Below are positions 56,597 through 64,000 of a DNA stretch of 64,000 nt, in pieces. Position numbers and translations under genes: made by a program. The stretch comes from Macrostomum lignano (Eukaryota), in contig NIVC01001944.1 of NCBI GenBank assembly GCA_002269645.1, positions 62,001 through 126,000 on the forward strand. The letters are read 5' to 3'. The first letter of the stretch is position 1; each line of letters starts with the position of its first letter. The notes beneath the pieces were generated by a model, which was not told where the DNA came from, did no database searches, and was given only the letters and a program-made list of their open reading frames with translations.

Positions 56597-57534
56597 ACTC
56601 ACTCATGGCAGCATCGGGTGGCTTCATCAGTCCGCGGGGGCTGCAGTATTGGTGACTTACCTGCTGTGGCAGTCTTTGCCACTGCCTTAACCTGTGTGCA
56701 TGCTTGTGTGGATTTTATATGCATGTATATTGCTTCGCCTAATCTATCAGTTTTTTTTTAACTTAATTAGCGGCGGCGTATTGGCTTTTACAACTTGCTG
56801 AGTAGCTATCTAGTTGGTCATATTTTATATTTAAATAAAATTTGGTTATCAACTGTCATATTTTATTTAATTATTTAGACAGGGGAGACTAACAATCGGC
56901 TGTCGAAGGACCGTTTGGAAGTATATGGACGGGCGATGTTCCGTCGCTGTCCCTGTCTGTGGACAGTAGGAGTGAGGGAGCGTGCATTGAGCTCTACTTG
57001 TATTATTTAAGCTGCATCCTAGCACACCGGCTATTGTGATTCGTATACGATTCGGTTTAACAAGAACAAGCAATGAACCCTAAGCAAGACTCCAGATTGT
57101 CCCGGTCAGACAGAAGAAGGTTCATCTAAACAGCTCTATCAAAATAATGAAATATAGAAAAAAGACACTCGGTGTCTGCGTGAGGGGCTGCTGTTTGAAT
57201 TGAGGCTTGCAATTGTGCAAAATAGTATAGCCATTTCGGGCCAAGCCCTGCCGCTGCAGCACTGCAGTGTGTGCATCAGGCATTCGCCTGCCCTGCTTGT
57301 ATTCCATGCAGACACAGCACATAGCTTGCCTTCTTTTTTGTGGCACCACCCGTATCTCATTGGAGCGGTATCGCCATCTCCATTCCCAATCTGCCCACCT
57401 TTTGCGCCTGGGGCTGCAAGCTCGGAGAAACTATCAACGAAAACGCGTTGTACTTTTTTAGCTCGTGATTAGCATTTTCGAATCGGCCTCAATCAGCCTA
57501 AATTCTCCTTAAACCATATTTAAAATCACCCTAC

Positions 57535-58145
57535 CCTAAACCCTACTCAGTATAGCCCTAAACCCTACTCAGAATCGCCCCTAACCCCTACTCAGAATCG
57601 CCCCTAAACCCTACTTAGAATCGACCCTAAACCCTACTTAGAATCGACCCTAAACCCTACTTAGAATCGACCCTAAACCCTACTCAGAATCGCCCCTAAA
57701 CCCTACTTAGAATCGACCCTAAACCCTACTCAGAATCGCCCCTAAACCCTACTTAGAATCGACCCTAAACCCTACTCAGAATCGCCCCTAAACCCTACTT
57801 AGAATCGACCCTAAACCCTACTCAGAATCGCCCCTAAACCCTACTTAGAATCGACCCTAAACCCTACTCAGAATCGCCCCTAAACCCTACTCAGAATAGC
57901 CCTAAACCCTACTCAGAATCGACCCTAAACCCTACTCAGAATCGACCCCAACCCTACTCAGAATACCCCTAAACCCTACTCAGAATCGACCCCAACCCTA
58001 CTCAGAATCGACCCCAACCCTACTCAGAATCGCCCCTAAACCCTACTCAGAATAGCCCTAAACCCTACTCAGAATCGCCCCTAAACCCTACTCAGAATAG
58101 CCCTAAACCATACTCAGAATCGCCCCTAAACCCTACTCAGAATCG
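57535..58145. repeat. 23-bp minisatellite (cctaaaccctactcagaatcgcc)
   Basis: Tandem copies. Confidence 0.9.
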
Positions 58146-58862
58146 ACTTTAACAACAGCATATCTGGAGGCCCTGAAAGCAGTTTCAGAAAGAACTCGCA
58201 TTGCATTTTCAACTCGAGTGGGAGACGGGGAGTCGAACCAGCCGACATGAGCCGCTATGAATAAAGCGAGACCGAGGCCCCTGGTGCACCCTCGCCGTGG
58301 AAAGTCCGGCTGCACAGGGGACCAGGGTCACGCGTTGCTCATAGCGACCTCAGCTTGGCAAAATGCTTGAGGGCAAATGGGGCTTTGCCAGACCGATTCG
58401 AAGCACAAAAATACCCCACAGGCTCTGGCTGCGCCTCCATCAAGCGCGTATATATATATGCTTTCATACACGCACACAGCCGCAGGAGAAGGAAAACTAT
58501 TGAGATAGGAAATGCTTGTAAGCTTGCAGTGCGGCTCTCTGTGGGCCCCTCTGCCCCAAGCCCTCACTTTGGGCCTGTGGCATTGTGCAGACAGACCTCT
58601 GCCAATGATGGGGTGGGTGGGTACCCAGTGTTTGAGCAACTTATTGTGAGAACGCATTCCTACTCGTAGCAAGAGTGTACCTCACGCTGCTTGTTGCTAG
58701 GACCAGTTTTTTTCCTATCTATCTCTCTCTCTCCCCTCTTCTGATTCTCTCACTGTGAAAGAAACTGGACTGCCACCTCTTGCATAAAGCATTTTTTTCG
58801 CTCTGTCAGAGAGACCTTTCTTGACATTTCTGCTAGAAGGAGACGGCAATCAGATATTAGAA

Positions 58863-60636
58863 ATGTCGGATTTCAAATTCCCGCCAAACCAGAACGCCTA
58901 CAGCCAGATGGCCGAGGGGGACCTGCGCGATCCAAAGAAGCGCGCCGCCTTTGAAGCCTTGCGCCGCAATGTCCGCGACGTCTGGCGCCCGGAGTTTGAG
59001 GACGATTTTCAGTTGTACAGATTCCTGCGGGCCAGGGAGTTCGACTTGGCCAAGTCCGAGCTCATGCTCAGAAATCACATACGCTGGAGGAAGGAGCTCC
59101 GGATTGACGATATTGTGGACCGCTTCCAGGTGGGTGATTTTGTGAGGGGCGATTCTGTGAGAGGCGTTTCTGTGAGGGGCGATTCTGTGAGAGGCGATTC
59201 TGTGAGAGGCGATTCTGTGAGGGGCGATTCTGTGAGGGGCGATTCTGTGAGAGGCGATTCTGTGAGAGGCGATTCTGTGAGGGGCGATTCTGTGAGGGGC
59301 GATTCTGTGAGAGGCGATTCGGTGATGAGCGATTCTCTGAGAAACGATTCTGAGGGGCGATTCGATTTGGGAAGCTTCGGGTTCGGGACGTTGTCAGCAA
59401 AGTGCCATTGAACCGCCCGCTCGCCAGGAGAAGGAGGTGATCACCAAGTACTACACCGGAGGCCTGTGCGGAGAGGACAAGGAGGGTCGGCCGGTGTACT
59501 ATGACCCCATCGGCTGCATCGATCCGCAGGGCATCGCCAAGTCCGTCAGCCGCGAGGAGCTGTTCCTCAGCCAGATCTGCCGGGCTGAGAAGATCGTCAC
59601 CCACTTGCTGCCGCAGGTGCGCGCCCGCACCGGCAAGGCCATCTACGGCGTGACCTTCGTGTACGACCTGCAGCACTTCGGCAAGAAGCACATGTGGCGG
59701 CCCAGCCTGGAGTTCTATGGCGACCTCACCCGCACCTGCGAGCAGAACTACCCGGAGACCATCGGCATCGTGTTCATCATCAACGCGCCGGCGATCTTCC
59801 CGGTGGTGTTCAACCTGCTCAAGCCGCTGTTCAACCCGGCTACGCAGGCGAAAATCCACGTGCTCGGCAAGGACTACCAGCGCACCCTGCTGCAGTACAT
59901 TGACGCCGACCAGCTGCCGGCAGTCTACGGCGGCGAACGGCGCGACCCGGACGGAGATCCGCGCTGTCTGAACGAGATCTGCTTCGGCGGCCCGGTGCCG
60001 GAGTCCTTCTACCTGCAGCCCAAGTACCCGGACTGCATGCAGTCGCAGCACATCGGCCGGCGGTCCAAGTTCCGCGCGGCCGTCACAGTGCCGGCCGGGC
60101 AGCCGCAGCGCTACATCGAGTGGGACTTCGTCACCAGCGACGGCGACCTCGGCTTCGAGCTGACCTTCAAGGACGGCAAGGAGCGCCTGTCGGTGTACCC
60201 CTACCGCAAGGTGAACTGCGGCACCTGCCCGTTCTCCGGCCTGCTTGCCTGCCCCCGGCCGGGCGTCTACGAGGCCACCTTCGACAACTCGTTCAGCTGG
60301 CTGCGGACCAAGAAGCTGCGCTACTACCTCGAGGTGGTGACGGACCTGCGCGGCCAGGAGCCCATCGACCCCGCCGTGCTGGCCAACCTGGCGCCCAGCT
60401 TCCACGTCAGCGAGTCGGTGGCCGACCGGCTGGAGCAGCAGGGCGGTGCCGATGAGGACTCGGGCGAAGCTGACGGACCTTCGGCAGCTGCTTCTGCCGC
60501 CGTGGCAACCCCGAGCATCAGCAGTAACGGCAAGACCGACTTTCAAGCGGCGCCGACGGTGACCGACCAAGACGCATCCGACGCGGAATCCGAGGACAGC
60601 TTCAAGACAGTCAGCTCGTCCGGCTCCAGGCACTGA
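58863..60636 (+). CDS. SEC14-like lipid-transfer protein (CRAL-TRIO + GOLD); exons 58863-59129, 59428-60636
   Basis: DFQLYRFLRAREFD, EDKEGRPVY, EQNYPETIGIVFIINAP, DADQLPAVYGG, CFGGPVPESFY, and GOLD-domain EWDFVTSDGDLGF and TFDNSFSW. Confidence 0.95.
59135..59350. repeat. Intronic 15-bp minisatellite (gattctgtgagaggc)
   Basis: Lies between the GT donor at 59130 and the AG acceptor at 59427. Confidence 0.9.
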
Positions 60637-60869
60637 GGAACTACAGGGAATCCTGCTGTCTCCTGATGGAGCTGGTCCCGTGGATCTCTTCCTTGACTTT
60701 TATCTTATACCAAATTACCAAATACTGTTTGTGCAGCCAATTTTAATGCATAAAATCTTGACTGAGATAGACTTCTTGAGCCATGGTTTTTTTAAATTCC
60801 ATTTCTCTCAGCAGTCTGCATCGCTTTCAAAACCTTTTTTGTCACTCTTCCTTCTGTATCGTATCATTT

Positions 60870-61205
60870 CACGCCCACCTCCCTCCACACCCACCTCCCT
60901 CCACACCCACCTCCCTCCACACCCACCTCCCTCCACACCCACCTCCCTCCACACCCACCTCTCTCCACACTCACCTCCCTCCACACTCTCCTCCCTCCAC
61001 ACCCACCTCCCTCCACACCCACCTCCACATCCACCTCCCTCCACACCCACCTCCCTCCACACCCACCTCCCTCCACACCCACCTCCCTCCACACTCACCT
61101 CCCTCCACACTCACCTCCCTCCACACTCTCCTCCCTCCACACCCACCTCCCTCCACACCCACCTCCCTCCACACCCACCTCCCTCCACACCCACCTCCCT
61201 CCACA
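60870..61205. repeat. 16-bp C-rich minisatellite (ccacacccacctccct)
   Basis: Tandem copies. Confidence 0.9.
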
Positions 61206-62034
61206 AACTCTATCGAATGCTCGTAGATACCCATCGCAGGCGCATTTCGCTTCGTCAGTTAATTGAAAATTACCACTTTGCTGCTTTTTATGATGTTTTC
61301 TCTTCTATAAAGTAATAGAATGAATTTTTTGCGTTTCAATATTTCTATGCCACACATCAAAATAATAAGCTAATTATTTTCATTCAGTTCGAATTTATAA
61401 AATTCCATGTTCTAACTTTGCCAAATCGCACCAGCTGAATTGGCAGAGTGCGCAGAAATCTTCTGTAAAGCCATGAAACTTGGCAATTTTTATATAGACT
61501 TCATTTTTGTTGGCGCCCTACTAGCAGTAGAGTAATTCGTATCTTGCTGCTAGTTTTGTGATAACAAATAAATTAGAATTATCATTTACTGTCGACTGAG
61601 CACAAGCTCAAAACAAAGCGATAAAGGCGGACCCAGTCTGCCTTCTGTGGAGTGAATATTTGAATTTGTGCCAGCCATGCGACCACGCACGTTTTTATCT
61701 TTCAAGGACGAGGCGAACGCTGCCAAAAGGTTTTACAATCTGAAACGTTATTTCGCGTTACTTGACTTCTCAACACAACTGTCCAAGTGGACTCAGAGAT
61801 CTGATCAACTGGGTGAAAAATCTCATTAACAATAAGAATACAGTACATGCACCTATCACAACTTTTTCTGAGCATCTTTAAATTCCTTCAGACTGGCGCT
61901 AAAATCTGGTTAAAAATACAAATCAAGTAGAAAATTTCAAAGCAAGCATTCTGGCCGCAGAGATTTATTTCTAACTGGCGCTGCTTTATGACGGCATTGT
62001 CAACTTGATTGGCTTTCAACCAGAGAGAGGGCGA

Positions 62035-62235
62035 GATTTTAGCGCCCTAAAGTCCTAGACGATCGAGATTTTAGCGCCAATTTAGCGCCAATTTAGCGCC
62101 CTAGGCAAGAGAGCTTAGCGCCAATTTAGCGCTCTAGCCAAGAGATTTTAGCGCCAATTTAGCGCCCTAGGCGAGAGATTTTAGCACAGCAATTTAGCGC
62201 TCTAGGGAAGAGATTTTTGCGCCAATGTAGCCCTA
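62035..62235. repeat. Short degenerate tandem repeat (tttagcgccaa / ctaggcaagaga)
   Basis: Repeated ttagcgcc units. Confidence 0.7.
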
Positions 62236-63250
62236 TGGGCAACTTTTCGCTTTTAAATTCGAGTTCCAGCATGTACTGCTACTACAATAGGCAGCTACCC
62301 ATTTTGCTGACAATTTTGTAACAATTAAGACTAACAATTTTAATTGCCGGAGATTGGGTCAAGAAGAGCATTTCTGACTACATTTTAGCTCGTTTTCCAT
62401 GCAGTCTGCCTTTCGGAGGTTCTTAAACTGCAATTCAGATTTCCACAGTTACAGAAAGTTATATGCGGTGTCAACAAGCAGAAAAGTACACGTGGAGATA
62501 AGATAAACAAGCCCGAGAGAAACTGCTGAGTGAGAAGTATTTATGAGTTGAATAAACAAGCGGTGGACACCTTTAGAGTCAAAAGGCTCGAGGGGTGAAA
62601 CTCGGGGAGTCAGAAATACTGTCTCAGGATTGTCTGATGCAGAAGCAAATTTAACAAAAGGAACAATTACATCTTCAAAATCGCAGCAGCTAAAAATAGA
62701 CTCATGGGCAATCAGCTGAGCGAGAGACCCAGGCCAGACGCTCCAGTTTGATCACGCGCTACCCGACTGACAGAAATCTTTTCTGTCAAACCATGCAACC
62801 GCCGCCACCACGCTGACGGCAACCCCCCTCCCACACACCTAAGGCTGCATTGAAAGAAGCCACGCCGCTATCATTGAAAGGTCAGATAAGGCCAACCAAC
62901 GCGGCCCCTCTGTGGGGTGTCTCTCTGTGTTTTCTGTGCCAGCCTACGCACGGGCTTGCGCTTGCCTCGGGCAGACAGATAAGAGGCGCCCCGCCCCCAC
63001 CCCCGCCGTCACGCCGGGCTCACATGGCTCGGGCAATTTATTTATACTTAGCCGGGCTGAACCAGCTCACGGGCTGAGACTCGGGCAGTTAATTCTTGCT
63101 CACAATTCTCTATTGAAATTTCCAATTTGATTTCCCCAGGCGCCAGGTGTGTCGCCAGGTGTGTCCGCCAGTCGGCTGTCATCATTATCTCTGCTGATTA
63201 AAGAGCCGCCTTGGCCTTGAATAATTATCGACTGCAGGCAACACAGAGCC

Positions 63251-63697
63251 ATGCCGTTCAATGTGCCCACGGCGGGAGCGCTGAAGGAGGCGGCTGACTT
63301 CATAATGACCAGCACCAGAAGCAGCCCGGAGGCCTCGCCGGTGTTCGACCATCATGATGACTCATGGCAGGTGAGCAGCTACTCAAATTATTTCTCAACA
63401 TCTGCGGCGCCGCTGGACCGTTACACCGACGCTCTGGTGGCGGAGATCGGGGCGGCCACTGAGCTTCCAGTGAAGGACAGACATTCGCTGCCGAGGCTGT
63501 CGACCCTCGCAGCTACGGCGGCTGCTAGCCACCGGACTGAGCTTCCACCGCCGGGCTGGCGACGCTGGCGGCGGAGGCGGCGAGTGACCTTCGCCGATGA
63601 GGTCGGCCTGCAGCTGGAGCGGGTGGCCTGCAGGGGCACGGATTTCTACAGCGGCTCCGGGGAGGACAGCGAAGGTGAGACAGCCGGTCCAGGCTGA
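63251..63697 (+). CDS. Putative PP1-interacting protein (RVxF motif, PPP1R3-like context)
   Basis: RRRRRVTFADEVGLQLERV resembles the KKRVSFAD..GL.L..V motif of PP1 targeting subunits. GC-rich ORF; possibly only one exon. Confidence 0.45.
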   Translation: MPFNVPTAGALKEAADFIMTSTRSSPEASPVFDHHDDSWQVSSYSNYFSTSAAPLDRYTDALVAEIGAATELPVKDRHSLPRLSTLAATAAASHRTELPPPGWRRWRRRRRVTFADEVGLQLERVACRGTDFYSGSGEDSEGETAGPG

Positions 63698-64000
63698 GGT
63701 GTTAACTGGAGGTCAACTGACCCCTCTCTGCTCCAGTTGGGGTCAAAAGAGGGCTTAGGGGATCCGACCCAGCTGATAATGAACGAGAAATGTTTTGTAA
63801 TCAAAGCAGAGCCCAGCACATCGCGTTTTAGCATTAGGTCTCAGCAGGGTGGCTTTCTTCAGCTTCTACTGACAGTAGTAAAACGTGCGACAAATCGCCA
63901 AAAATTCTTCCACTGGTGAATTTTGCAAACATCAAATCGCGCCTTCAGTTTGATTGGCTGTCTCTCTGCTATATCAATTTTAAATTGTGCCCTAAAGTGC

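Noticed and set aside
57535-58145. Plant-type telomeric CCCTAAA array
   Set aside because: The motif is only part of a 23-bp unit, not a tandem heptamer.
56600-58330. Possible unannotated minus-strand gene
   Set aside because: A few splice-like sites are visible but I could not assemble a recognisable reading frame.
58821-59411. Poly-RGD integrin-binding repeat protein (RGDSV)n
   Set aside because: The repeat lies between a canonical donor (59130) and acceptor (59427) of the SEC14-like gene.
59068-60633. 521-aa antisense ORF
   Set aside because: Shadow frame of the GC3-rich SEC14-like exon.

Overview
Eukaryotic (animal) genomic DNA, not prokaryotic: spliced GT-AG genes with GC-rich codons and a different minisatellite in many introns. 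This style is consistent with a free-living flatworm such as Macrostomum, which is inference only. Bases 1-17651 hold a Polinton/Maverick (adintovirus-like) endogenous element whose other end lies outside the window. It encodes protein-primed PolB, packaging ATPase, adenain-type protease, major and minor capsid proteins, a basic core-like protein and an RVE integrase with a chromodomain. Unusually, it also encodes an intact TATA-binding-protein (TBP) homolog and a tandem PC4-like protein. The integrase is split by a 5718-bp near-perfect palindrome (two ~2.76-kb arms, 200-bp spacer, ACTACT termini, 6-bp TSD) that looks like an integrated copy-back genome. The Polinton sits in a Gypsy element, with a junction pattern implying an inversion, and that Gypsy abuts an intron of a diverged partial duplicate of the SCOT/OXCT1 gene. 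The rest of the window holds a second SCOT copy, a C20orf96-like gene, ADF/cofilin, ACOT13 and SEC14-like genes. It also holds an RVxF-motif ORF, a tRNA-derived SINE family, and mariner, Merlin, CACTA-like and Gypsy remnants.
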